Positions 29,620-43,106 of a stretch of DNA of 64,000 bases are shown in pieces (position 1 is the first letter of the stretch; each line of letters begins with the position of its first letter). A model generated the notes under the pieces. That model did no database searches and was not told the DNA's origin. It saw only the letters and a program-made list of their open reading frames with translations. Position numbers and translations under genes: made by a program. This stretch comes from the human T2T-CHM13v2.0 reference genome, Homo sapiens: NCBI RefSeq assembly GCF_009914755.1, contig NC_060929.1; one strand, written 5' to 3'.

Positions 29620-32600
29620 TTTCCTCCGACTTTATTAAGGTATAATTGACAAAAATTGTATATATTTACAGTGTACAATGTGATGTTTTCATATATGTAT
29701 ACATTGTGAAATGATTAAATCAAGCTGATGAACATATCTACACCTCACAGGCTTATTTTTTTGTGGTGAGAACACTTAAGATCTACCTTAGCAATTTTCA
29801 AGTATATAATACATTACTATTAAATATAGTCACCATGCTGTACAATAGATCTCTTTAACTTATTCATCCTGTTTAAGTCAAACTTTGTACTCTTTGACCA
29901 GCGTCTCCCCATTTCCCCACCCCAGCCCCTGGCAACCACCATTCTACCCTTTGTTTCTATGAGTTCAGCTTTATAAAGATTCCACATATAAGTGAAATCA
30001 TGTGGTATATTTGTCTTTTTGTGCCTGTCTTATTTCACTTAGCGTAGTATCTTCCAGGTTCATTCATGTTGTCATAAATGGCAGATTTCCCTCTTTTTAA
30101 ATGTTTAATAGAGTTCCATTGTGTATATATACCACATTTTCCTTATCTGTTCATCTGTCAATAGACACTTAAGTTAATTCCCTATCTTGATTATTCTAAA
30201 TAATATTACAGTGAACATGGGAGTGCAGATATCTCTTTGGCATACTGATTTCATTTCCTGTGGATATATACCCAGTAGTGGGATTGCTAGATCATATGGT
30301 AGTTCTATTTTTAGTTTTTTGAGAAATCTCCATACTGTTTTTCCATAATGGCTATACTAATTTACATTCCCACCAAGAGTGTGCAAGGTTTTCCTTTTCT
30401 CTACATTGTCGACAACACTTGTTACCTTTTGTCTTTTTGATACTAGCCATTCGAATAGGTGCGAAGGTATGTCTTGTTGTGGTTTTAATTTGCGTTTTCC
30501 TGATGATGATTGATGTTGAATATTTTCTTCACATGCCTGATGGCCATTTATATGTCTTCTTTTGAGAAATGTCTTCTTAGATCTTTTGCCCAATTATGAA
30601 TCAGTTATTAGTTTTTTTTCCTGTTGAATTGTTTAAGTTCCTTGTATATTTTGGATATTAACCCTTTATCAGGTGTACAGTTTGCAGATACTTTCTTTCA
30701 TTCCAAAGGTTGTGTCTTTACTCTGTTGATTATTTTGTTGTGCAGAAGCTTTTTAATTAGAGGTAATCCCACTTGTTTATTTTTGCTTTTCTTGCCTGTG
30801 TGTTTGGTGTCATATCCAAGAAATTATTGCCAAGGCCAAAAAGCATTCCCCTCTGTTTTCTTCTAGTTTTACAGTACAAGTCCTGTGTTTTAAGTCTTTA
30901 ATCTATTTCAAGTTGATTTTTGAATATAGTGTGAGATGAGGGTCTAATTTCATTCTTTTGCATGTGGATATCCAGTTTTCCAAACATTATTTATTGAAGA
31001 GACTTTCCTCTTCCCATCTGTGTTCTTGGCATCTTTGTAAAAAATCTATTGATGGTAAATGCATGGCTTTATTTCTGGACATCCTATTCTGTCCCAGTGG
31101 TCTTTGCGCTAATACCATGTTGTTTAGCTACTTTAGCCTTATAGTAGATTTTGAAATCAAGTAGTGTGGTGCCTCAGCCTTGTTCCTTCTGCTCAAGATT
31201 GCTTTGGCTATTTAGAGTCTTTGGTGGCTTCACTGAAATTTTAGGATTGTTTTTCACTATTTCTGTAAAAAGTGTTATTGGAATTTTGATAGGGATTGCA
31301 GTGAATCTGTAGATTGCATAGGGTAGTATGAATATTTAGCCAATATTAATTCTTCCAATGCATGAAACAGAGTATGTTTCCATTCAGTTGTGTACACTGC
31401 AGTTTCTTTTGTCAGTGTTTTATAATCTTCAGTGTATGGATTTTTCACCTCCTTGGCGAAATTTATTCCTAAATATTGTATTAATATTATTTTGTAGCTA
31501 TAGTAAATGGAATTGATTTTTTTATTCTTTTATTGGATAGTTTATCAGTGTATAGAAACACTGATTTTTTGTGTCTTGATTTTTGTACCCTGCAACTTCA
31601 CTAAATGTATTAGTAACAGTTTTTTAGTGGCATTTTTAGAATTTTTTAAGAATATAACATCTTGTTGTCTGTTAACAGATACAGTGTAACATCTTCCTTT
31701 CTGATTCAGATGTCTTTTATTTATTTTTCTTGCTTAATTGCTCTTGCTAGTATTTCTGGTACTATGTTGAATACAAGTGGTGAGAGGTGAGCATCCTTGT
31801 CTTGATTCGGATCTTAGAGGAAGAGCTTTCAACTTTTTACTGTTGAGTATGTTAACTATATGTTTATCATATATGGCCTTTATTGCATTGAGATATATTC
31901 CTTTTATACCTAATTTGTTGGAAGTTTTTTTTTTATCATGAAAGAGTGTTGAATTTTGTTGAATTCCTTTTCTACATCTATTGAGATGATCATATGGTTT
32001 TTGTCCTTCATTCTGTTATTATAGTTTATCACATTTATTGGTGTACATTGGCAAACCATTCTTGCTTTCCAGGGATAAATCTCACTTGATCATGGTGAAT
32101 GATCTTTTTAATGTACCCTTGAATTAGGTTTGCCAATATTTTGTTGAGAGATTTTATATCTATGCTTATCAGGAATATTGGCATATAATTTTCTTTTCTT
32201 GTAATGTCCCTTTCTGGCCTTGGTATCTAGTAATGCTGGCATTATGAAATGAGCTTGGATGTTTCCCTTCTCTTCAGTTGTTTTGGAAGAGTTTGAGAAG
32301 GATTGGTATTAGGTCTTCTTTAAATGTTTGGTAGAATTCAGCAGTAAAGCCATCAGGTTATGGGCTTTTCTTTAATGAGAGACTTTATTACTGATCCAGT
32401 CTCCTTACTTGTTACTGGTCTGTTCAGATTTTATATTTCTTCATGATTAAGTTCTGTTAATTGTATGTTTCTAGAAATTTATATATTTATTCTAGGTTAT
32501 ACAATTTGTTGGGAAATAAGTGTTCATAGTAGTCTTTTATGATCCTTTGTGTTTCTTTCTGTAGTATCCGTTGTTGCTTCCCCTTTCATTTCTGATATTA

Positions 32601-32930
32601 TTTGTATATTCTCTCTTTTTTCTTAGTCTATCTAAAGGTTTGACCATTTTTAAAAAATCTTTTAGAAAACCAATTTCTTAGTTTCACTGATCATATCTAT
32701 TGGGTTTCTAGTCTCCATTTCCTTTTTATCTGCTCTGATATTTTTTATTTCTTTTCTTCTATTAACTTTGAGCTAAGTTTAGTTTGTTCTTTTCTACTTC
32801 CTGAGGCATAGTGTTAGATTGTATATTTGAGATTTTTTTAATGTAAGTGTTCATTGCCTTAAATTTTCGTCATAGAACTACTTTTGTTACACGCTATAAG
32901 TTTTGGTATGTTATGTTTCCATTTTTGTTT
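29620..32930 (-). mobile_element. L1MA-like element, 3' ~3.3 kb, degraded
   Basis: Continuous antisense L1 3'UTR and ORF2. Confidence 0.85.
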
Positions 32931-32944
32931 TTTGAAAAATTTTT

Positions 32945-35195
32945 TTATTTAAAAATATTTTTAGTTTTTAATTTTTGTGGGTACATAGTAAATGTATATA
33001 TGTATAGGTTACATGAGATATTTTGATATAGCTGTGCAATAAATAATAATCAAATCAGGGGTATTCATCACCTCAAGCATTCATCTGTACTGTGAACAAT
33101 TCAATTACACTCTTCTAGTTATTTTAAAATGTAAAATTAATTTATTTTTGACAATTGTCACCCTGTTGTGCTATCAAATACCAAGTCTTATTCATTCTTT
33201 CTATTTTTTTTGTACCACTTAACCATCTCCACTTCCCCACCACCCCTCTACTACCCTCCCTAGCCTCTGGTAACCATCCTTTTCTGCTCTCTATCTTCAT
33301 GAATTCAGTTGTTTTAATTTTTAGCTTCCACAAATAAGTGAGAACATGTGAAATTTGTCTTTCTGTGCTGGGCTTATTCCACTTTGCATAATGACCTCTG
33401 GGCCCATTCATATTGTTGCAAATGACAGGATTGCATTCTTTTTTGTGGCTGAATGGTACTCCACTGTGTATGTGTACCACATTTTCTTTATTCATTTGTC
33501 TGTTAACGGACATTTAGGTTGCTTCCAAATCTTCATTATTGTGAATAGTACTACAGTAAACATGGGAGTGGAGATATCTCTTTGATATACTGTTTTCCTG
33601 TCTTTTGGGTATGTACCTGGTAGGGGATTGCCAGATGGTATGTTAGCTCAATTTTTAGCTTTCTGAGGAAACTCCAAACTGTTATCCACAGTGATTGTAC
33701 TAATTTACATTTCTACCAAGAGTATACAAGGGTTCTTTTTTCTCCACATCGTTGCCAACATTTGTTACTGCCTGCCTTTTGTATATAAGCCATTTTAACC
33801 AGAGTGAGATGATATCTCATTATAGTTTTGATTTGCATTTCTCTGATGATGAACGATGTTGTGCACCTTTTCATATACCTGTTTGCAATTTGTATGTCTT
33901 CTTTTGAAAATGTGTATTCAGATGTTTTGCCCATTTTTATATTGGATTATCAGGTTTTTTTTTACCATAGAGTTGAAAACAATATAGAGCTCCTTCTATA
34001 TTCTGGTTATTAATCCCTTGTCAGATGGGTAGTGTGCAAATATTTTTCACCCATTCTGTGGATTGTCTCTTCATTTTGTTGATTGTTTTCTTTGCTGTGG
34101 AGAAGCTTTTTAACTTAATGTGATCCCATTTATCCATTTTTGCTTTGGTTGCCTGCACCTGTAGGGTATTACTCAAGAAATCTTTCCAAGACCAATGTCC
34201 TGGAAAGTTTCCCTACTGTTTTCTTTCAGTAGTTTCATAGCTTGAGGTTGTAGATTTAAGTCTTTAGTCCATTTTGATTTGATTTTTGTATATATTGAGA
34301 GATAGGGGTCTAATTTCATTTTTCTGCATATGGATATCCAGTTTTTCCAGCACCATTTATTGAAGAGAATGTCATTTCCCCACTGTGTGTTCTTGGCACT
34401 TTTGTTGAAAATGAGTTCACTGTAGGTGTATGGATTTATTTATGGGTTCTCTATTCTGTTCCACTGACCTATGTATCTGTTGTTATGCCAGTACCATGCC
34501 ATTTTGGTTATTATATCTCTGTAGTATAATTTGAAATCAAGTAACATGATTCCTCCAGTTTTGTTCATCTTGCTTAGAATAGCTTTGGCTATTCAGGGTA
34601 TTTTATGGTTCTATATACATTTTAGGATTGTTTTTCTGATTTCTGTGAAGAATGTCATTGGTATTTTGATAGGGATTGCATTAAATCTGTAGATTGCTTT
34701 GGATAGTATGGACAGTTTAACAGAATTGATTCTTCCCATCTATGAACATGGAATATCATTCTATTTTTTTGCATGTGTGTCCTCTTCAATTTGTTTCATC
34801 AGTGTTTTATAGTTTTCATTGTAGACATCTTTCACTTTTTTGGTTAAGGTAATTTTTAGGTATTTTAGTTGTACTTATTAATGGGATTTCTTGATTTCTC
34901 TTGAAGATTGTTTGCTACTGATTTTTGTATGTTGATTCTGTATCTCACAACTTAATTTATTTATCAATTTCAATAGTTTTTTAGTGGAGTATTTAGGTTA
35001 TTCCAAATATAAGATCATATCCTCTGCAAACAAGAATAATTTGACGTCTTCCTTTTCAATTTGGATGCCCTTTCTTTCTCTTGCCTGATTGCTTTAGCTA
35101 GGACTTCCAGTACGTGTTAAATAACAGTGGTGACAGTGGGCATCCTTGTTGTATTCCAGATCTTAGAGGAAAGGCTTTTAGTTTTTCTCCATTCT
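32945..35195 (-). mobile_element. L1MA (L1MA1-4-like), 5'-truncated
   Basis: tttgtgggtacatagta 3' end; translation [15 protein letters not shown]. Confidence 0.85.
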
Positions 35196-35528
35196 CTCCA
35201 TTATTGAGATGTAAAGTTCAATATGTAGGCTGTTAAACTCTTCATCATTGATTATGTTATTTGGTTGTTTATATCCTTATATATATATTTTTGTCTACAT
35301 AATTTGTCTCATATTAAGGAGGATTATTTTAAAGTTTTCTTTTTTTACTGTATTTTTATCTGTGTTCTACCAATATCATTTGTGTTTGCTTCATTGAGTG
35401 GTGGTTCTGTTATTTATTGAATAGTTATTTATAATTTGTCTTTATTGTGAACTGTGGCTGAAAATTTTGGGTCATGCTTAATGCTCTCTAATTCTATTTT
35501 AATATTTGAATCACAACCTCTATTTCTT

Positions 35529-36266
35529 TTTTCGTTTTTTTTTTAAATTGTACTTTAAGTTCTAGGGTACATGTGCACAATGTGCAGGTTTGTTACATAT
35601 GTATACATGTGCCATGTTGGTGTGCTGCACCCATTAACTTGTCATTTACATTAGATATATCTTTTTTCTTTCTTTCTTTTTTTTTTTTCTTTTTTGAGAC
35701 AGAGTCTGGCTCTTTCGCCCAGGCTGGAGTGCAGTGGCTGATCTCAGCTCACTGCAAGCTCCGCCTCCCGGGTTCACGCCATTCTCCTGCCTCAGCCTCT
35801 CGAGTAGCTGGGACTGCAGGCACCCGCCACCGTGCCCGGCTAATTTTTTTGTATTTTTAGTAGAAACAGGGTTTCACCGTGTTAGCCAGGATGGTCTCGA
35901 TCTCCTGACCTCGTGATCCGCCCGCCTCGGCCTCCCAAAGTGCTGGGATTACAGGCGTGAGCCACCGCGCCCGGCATATCCCCTAATGCTATCCCTCCCC
36001 CCTCCCCCAACCCCATGACAGGCCCCGGTGTGTGGTGTTCCCCACCCTGTGTCCAAGTGTTCTCATTGTTCAGTTCCCACCTATGAGTGAGAACATGCGG
36101 TGTTTGGTTTTCTGTCCTTGTGTTAGTTTGCTGACAATGATGGTTTCCAGCTTCATCCATGTCCCTACAAAGGACATGAACTCATCCTTTTTTATGGCTG
36201 CATAGTATTCCATGGTGTGTATGTGCCACATTTTCTTAATCCAGTCTATCATTGATGGACATTTGG
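35529..36266 (-). mobile_element. 5'-truncated L1PA 3' end with a perfect 17-bp TSD, interrupted by an AluY
   Basis: TSD CACAACCTCTATTTCTT at 35512-35528 and 36267-36283; ORF2 C-terminus ([13 protein letters not shown]). Confidence 0.93.
35662..35975 (-). mobile_element. AluY
   Basis: gcaagctccgcctcccgggttcacgccattctcc and gttagccaggatggtctcgatc; CpG-rich. Confidence 0.93.
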
Positions 36267-36329
36267 CACAACCTCTATTTCTTAATATTTGGCTGATACA
36301 ACTTTGCCCATTCTTTTTGCCCCCCTCCC

Positions 36330-36630
36330 TTTTTTTTTTTTTTTTTTTCTGAGACGGAGTCGTGCTCTGTCACCCAGGCTGGAGTGCAGTGGTGTGATCT
36401 AAGCTCACTGCAACTGCCACCTCCCGAGTTCAAGCAATTCTCCTGCCTCAGCCTCCTGAGTAGCTAGGATTACAGGCATACGCCACCGAGCCTGGCTAAT
36501 TTTTGTATTTTTAGTAGAGATGGGGTTTCACCATGTTGGTCAGGCTGGTTTCAAACTCCTGACCTCGTGATCTGCCTGCCTCGGCCTCCCAAAGTGCTGA
36601 GATTACAGGCATGAGCCACTGTGCCTGGCC
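36330..36630 (-). mobile_element. Alu (AluS-like)
   Basis: Poly-T tail and full antisense dimer. Confidence 0.93.
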
Positions 36631-36660
36631 CATTTTTTTTTTTTTTTAATTCTTAGCATT

Positions 36661-37023
36661 TGATATGGTTTGGCTCTGTGTCCCCACTCAAATCTCACCT
36701 TTAGTTGTAATCTCTAAATCCCCACTTGTCAAGGGCGGGATCAAGTGGAGATAGTTGAATCACGGGGGTGGTTTCCCCAATCCTGCTCTTGTGGTGATGA
36801 GTGAGTTCTCATGAGATCTGACAGTTTTGTAAGGGACTTCCCCCTCTTCACTCACCACTCATTCTCTCTCTTGCCACCCTGTGAAGAGGTGCCTTCTGCC
36901 ATGATTATATCTTTTCTGAGGCCTCCCAGGTATGCGGAACTGTGAGTCAATTCAACCTCTTTTCTTTATAAATTACCCAGTCTTGGGTATTCCTTCATAG
37001 CAGTGTGAGAACAGACTAATACA
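36661..37023 (+). mobile_element. MaLR solo LTR (THE1/MSTA-like), 5-bp TSD GCATT
   Basis: tgatatggtttggctctgtgtcccc...gaacagactaataca; GCATT at 36656-36660 and 37024-37028. Confidence 0.92.
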
Positions 37024-37556
37024 GCATTTTTAAATCACTTGTTTTAGGTGTGTTTCTTGTGTACAGGTTATATTAGAGTCTTGATTTGTCAGCCAAGTTT
37101 TTAATCTCTTTTTTTAAAGTAGAAAAACTAAGCACATTCTCATTTACTGATATGTGTATTCTGTTTTTTTTTTTTTTGGTTTTCTTTTTTTTTTTTGCTA
37201 TGTTTTAAAATTTCTCATGGTATATAGGAAGGTTTGTAGTTTTGTATTTACCTCTGTATTTCTACCTTTTTTAATGCCCGTATTTCTTGGTTTCTTATTC
37301 TATTACTATCTCATTTGTTAGTTTCTAATGATATCCTTTAATTCTCACCCATTTTTTTTACCATAACCAAAGAGCTTATACCCCTTTTCTTTCTCCTTTT
37401 AACTTTGTCTCCTAATGTTTAGTTGCATTTTTGACTTCTTTTAAAATATATTTAATACATAGTATATAACATATAATTAGGTTGTCTTGCACTCTGATCC
37501 TTGCCTTTGTTTTAGACTTAGATCTCTAATTAAAGGTATTGAATGCTCACCATTAG

Positions 37557-37997
37557 TCTTTTTGCTAAAGTTGCCCCAGTTAACACTTGGTTGGATGCAG
37601 CTTACTTTTTGGTAGATTCCTCAAGAAGTGTTCCTGAGTATAGAGTTCCCTGAGTTCATTCATGTCTGTAGTCTTGAATCTTCATGCTTGGATGTAACAT
37701 CCTTGTCTCATACTTTTTTTCTTGAGTTTTTTGTTTGCTTGCTTGTTTGTTTGTTTAGGAAGCTTACTGTTGCCTTGCTTTCTATGTTGTTGTTGAGACA
37801 TTTGCCAACATAATTTTTTCCTTTTCACAAAGGGAAAAAAATATAACACAAAGATGTTATATTCAATCACAAAGATTCAAGGCTACAAACATGCGTGAAC
37901 TGAGGGAAATTCTATACTCAGAAGCACTTCTTGATGAATCTACCAGAAAGTGAGCTTTGCGAACCAAGGGATGCCTGGGGAAACTTTAGCAAAAGGA
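37557..37997. repeat. Inverted duplication, ~165-bp arms, ~110-bp spacer
   Basis: 37557-37721 aligns by eye to the reverse complement of 37834-37997 at roughly 80% identity. Confidence 0.9.
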
Positions 37998-38204
37998 GTA
38001 ACGTAAGTTATGCAGTAGTTTTGTTTGGAGGCCTTGAGTATTTTTGTTTTTGGAGTCTTATAATTTTAGTAGAATATGTCTTGGAGTTGATCTTTCTAGG
38101 TGTTAAATCACATGCATTCTTAAGTTCTTTATTAAGTCCTCTGGTTTTTCAAGATCCTTTTTAATACTTTTTACAAAAGGATGAACTTTTTCTTCCCGGA
38201 GGTT

Positions 38205-39042
38205 ATTTTATTGAGACAAGGTCTCACTCTGTCACCCTAGTTGGAGTAGAGTGGCATGATCCTGGCTCACTGCAACCTTTGCCTCCCAGGCTCAGTGATT
38301 CTCCCACCTCAGCCTCCTGAGTAGCTGTGACTACAGGCACATGCCATTTTGCCTGTCTAATTTTTGATATTTTGGGTAGAGACAGGGTGTGATGGTTAAT
38401 ATTGAGTGTTGACTTGATTGAAGGATGCAAGGTATTGTTCTTCAGTATGTCTGTGAGGACATAAGCCAAAGGAGATTAACATTTGAGTCAGTGGACTGGG
38501 AGGGACAGACCCACTCTCAGTCCAGGTGGGCACCATCTAATCAGCTGCCAGTGCTGCTAGATTAAAGCAGGCAGAAGAAAGTGGAATGAGCAGACTTGCT
38601 GAGTCTTCCAGGCTTCATCTTTCTCCTATGCCGGACGCTTCCTGCCCTCAAACATTAGACTCCAAGTTCTTAAGCTTTTGGATTCTTGGACTTACACCAG
38701 TGGTTTGCCAGGGGCTTTTGGGCCTTTGCCACAGACTGAAGGCTACACTGTCAGTTTTTCTGCTTTTAAAGTTTTGGGACTCGACTGGCTTCCTTGCTCC
38801 TCAGCTTACAGTTGGCTTATTGTGGGACTTTACCCTGTGATTGTGTGAGTCAGTACTCTTTAACAAACTTTCTTTTATATATACCTCCATCCTATTAGTT
38901 CTGTTCCTCTAGAGGACCCTGACAAATTCACAGGGTTTCACCATTTTGGCCAGGCTGCTCTCAAACTCCTGAGCTCAGGTAATCCACCCTCCTCGCATCC
39001 CAAAGTGCTGGGATTACAGGCATGAGCCACTGCCCTCTGCCC
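38205..39042 (-). mobile_element. AluJ-like element split by an MLT2A LTR
   Basis: Alu sequence 38205-38387 resumes at 38931 (cagggtttcaccatt). Confidence 0.88.
38388..38930 (+). mobile_element. MLT2A (HERV-L) solo LTR, 5-bp TSD CAGGG
   Basis: tgtgatggttaatattgagtg...ctctagaggaccctgacaaattca; CAGGG at 38383-38387 and 38931-38935. Confidence 0.88.
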
Positions 39043-39167
39043 TGATGGTAATTTTAGATCAATCTTAAGCCTGCTGCTAGCTCCTTCTCTCTTCTGGGAA
39101 TTTTCTCAGTTTTTCTTGGAATGTCCTTGTTTTTCATGAATGATTGTGACAAGAGCCAGTAGGATAG

Positions 39168-39544
<377 letters not shown>

Positions 39545-39654
39545 TGAGGGCATGAGTTTTATTTGTTCTTTTTGGTTTTGTGTATGTATGTATAATTTAT
39601 TTTTTTAAGGATATTGTGTTACGACACTCCAATTTATTTGGCCGTCATTACCTA

Positions 39655-40325
39655 GGCTTGCTGTTATTTTGAAGTCTCAAGTGAGCGAAAGAAAGGATTT
39701 AAGAATGATTCTAAGGATTTTTACCTAAGTAATTGGAAGGATAGAATTGTATCAGCTGAAATGGGGAAGGCTGCAGGAGCAACTAGATATAAAGGTAAGA
39801 TCAGATATTCAGTCTCGGGTTGTGTTTAAGATTTCTGTTTGATATCTAAACAGAGAGATTCAGAAGGTCAGTTGGATAAATGAGCCTGGAATTTAGGAGA
39901 GACATCTGATTTGGAAGGAAAATTTGTGAGTTATTAACAATAGATGGTATTTAAAAGCATGGAACTAGATGAGATCTCCTACAGTCAGTATAGACAACAG
40001 AACCAGACCAAACACAGAACACTGGTGTCTTCTGCATTAATTGGTTTGGGATATGAGAAGGAATCAGCAAGGGGTGACTGATCAGCTGCTGATTTCTTGG
40101 TCAATCAGTAGCTGACTCCTTGGTCAAAAAAGAATGAGCCATAAAGTAGAAGGAAAACTACGAAAGTCAGGTGCCCTGGAAGCCAAATAATTTTTTTTTT
40201 AACAAGAAGGGAGGGAGAATGTTACTGATGCTACTGATAGTTCAAGTACGATATGCCGTTAGAATTAAGAATTGGATTTAGCAACATGTAGGTCATTGAT
40301 AACATTGACAGGAGCAGTTTGTGGA
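39655..40325 (-). mobile_element. LINE-2 relic (upstream part)
   Basis: gattctaaggatttttacctaagtaattggaaggatagaattg...ggatttagcaacatgtaggtcattg. Confidence 0.72.
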
Positions 40326-41534
40326 ATTAAATTATAATCAGCGTTGCAATACTTTTAAATTAGTCTTGTCAATTTGGTGCCCTTGGCATATGAGCAGGAT
40401 GAAGATGATCCAAGTAGCTTGGCCTCTGGCCTTCACTTGTTTTAAAAGAACTGCTAATCTTTGTTCTAATTTTGTATACTGGGTTTCCATGTAATATTTT
40501 CTTTGGGATTGGTAGTTATAAGGGTCTACTATAAAGTAAATAAATACACTAACAGTTTCAAAAATAATAAAGAACTTTTTAAAGAACACATTACTAGATG
40601 TAAATTTTTAAAAAAATTTAATGGGAATTTTTTGTTTTAATACGTCTCTAATTCTAGTATCAAATGAAGTAGACTTTGATTAGAATGTATGTGCTTTTTT
40701 TTTTTTCTTAGCTTCTCTTAATGCGTAAGCTTAAAGCTTTTTTAGGCTTTATGTATGCCCTCAGACTCATTCATTTCTTTAAATTTCTCAGACTCTTCTA
40801 AGCTAATATTCACATATTATAGTCTTTCTGTCCTCCGCACTTATGTTGATCCTTAACATATAGCTGATATTTTGTCAGTGTTTTTTAAATTGAAGGAAAT
40901 GGACCCCAAGGGGGTAGACTTTGGCTTACTTTGTCTCATTTCTTTTCTTGCAGTGCTTCTGCTGGCCTGTCTCTTAAGCAGTAGAATAATAAAAAGTAGT
41001 TTCTTTGAGGATATAAAAGCCCTTGAGATAGTTTCACTTTAAGCTTAAAAGATTTTCTTGTCATTTTACCTCTAAAATTTGATTTTCATGTTTCTTTTTA
41101 GTATGTATTTTCTGAACCCTCCTCTTGTGCATTTTAAATGAACCTATATTTGGTAACTGTTCCCAGCAATGCCTTTTTCTTTTTCATAAGGAACCTGATA
41201 CGTTATTCTATGCCTATGTGGTATTTAGGGAGGCAGATGGTATAATAGAAGGAGAAATGAGCAGTACATCAAAACCAGGGCCAGCTTCTGCCACTTGCAT
41301 TCATCTTTTTAGTAAATAATTATTGAATATCTATCTTCTGTGTGCTAGGTATTTACTAGAAGTTTGTGCTTGTGTTTTAATTAATAGACTTTATTTTCTT
41401 AGAAATGCCATTTTCACAAATTACTTTCTCTTAGATACTAAGATCTAGTCTGTAATAAAGTATTAAGTACTAAATGAGCAATATTAAAAATTAATATAAT
41501 ATTAAAATATAGGTGTTATAAAAATTGAAAACAC

Positions 41535-41823
41535 TGGTGGAGTGTGGTGGCTCACAGCTATAATCCCAACACTTTGGGAAGCCGAGCCAAGAGGATTACT
41601 TGAGGCCAGGAGATTGAGACCAGTCTGGAAAACAGAGTGAGACCCCATCTCTACAAAAAATACAAAACATTAGCTGGGCAGAGTGGCATACATCTGCAGT
41701 CCTGGCTACTCTGGAGGCTGGGGTGTTGGGATTGTTTGAGCCCAGGAGTTCGAGATTACAATGAGCTATGATTGTGCCATTGCAGTCCAGCCTGGGTTAT
41801 GGAGCTGTCTCCAAAAAAAAAGA
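41535..41823 (+). mobile_element. Alu (AluJ-like)
   Basis: Dimer with A-tail; aaaaattgaaa on both flanks. Confidence 0.88.
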
Positions 41824-41945
41824 AAAAATTGAAACAAACGACTTTTCCTTGGTTGTTGGAGATTGGTATATATTGTCATGGAAGATCAAAAGTAAAATTA
41901 TGAGCAGAGAGGAGGCAGAGCAAAATGGCTGAATAGAAGCCACCA

Positions 41946-42245
<300 letters not shown>

Positions 42246-42697
42246 AAGAAGCCACCAGCAGTCATCCAGTCACCTCCTTCTGGGAACACCAGATTGAACA
42301 ACTATGCACATGAAAAAGCACCTTTATGAGAACCAGAAGCAGAGATGAGTGATCATAGTACCTAGTTTTAAAATCATAATAAGGAAAGAGGTACTGAAGA
42401 GAGTAGGAAAGACTCGTCCCCCATTCCCTGGTAGCAGCTGTGGGCCACTGAGATCATATCTGTGTGCTTGGGGAAGGGAGAGTGCCGGGATTATCAGACA
42501 TTGCGTTAGAACTCAGTGCCCTGTCACAGTGGAATGCAACACAGGGTGGAACTCAGCTGGTGCCCATTGAGGGAGCATTAAGACCAGCCCTAGTCAGAAG
42601 TGAATCGTCTATCTCAGCAGTGGGAACCTGAGTTGTGGCAAGCCTTGATACTGCGGGTTAAAGTCCTCTGGGGTCCTTGATAAACTTGACAGACAGT

Positions 42698-43106
42698 TGT
42701 ATTAGTCTGTTCTCACACTGCTATAAAGAAATACCTGAGACTGGGTAATTTATGGAGAAAAGAGGTTTAACTGGCTCACGGTTCTGCAGGCTGTACAGGA
42801 AGCATAGTGGCTTCTACTTCTGGGGAGGCCTCAGGAAACTTACAACCATGGCGGAAGGCAAATGGGAAACAGAAACATCTTACATGTCCAGAGCAGGAGC
42901 AAGCAGTTGGGGGAGGTGCCATACACTTGTAAACAAGCAAATCTCATGAGAACTCACTATTGCGATGATAGCACCAAGGGGGATGGCGTTAAACCATGAG
43001 AAACTGCTTCCATTATGTAACCACCTTCCACCAGGTCCCATCTCCAACATTGGGGATTACAATTCAACATCATATTTGAGTGAGGACACAGACCCAAATC
43101 ATATCA
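42698..43106 (-). mobile_element. MaLR solo LTR (MST-like)
   Basis: tgtattagtctgttctcacactgctataaag...cccaaatcatatca; TSD acagt/gcagt. Confidence 0.88.
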
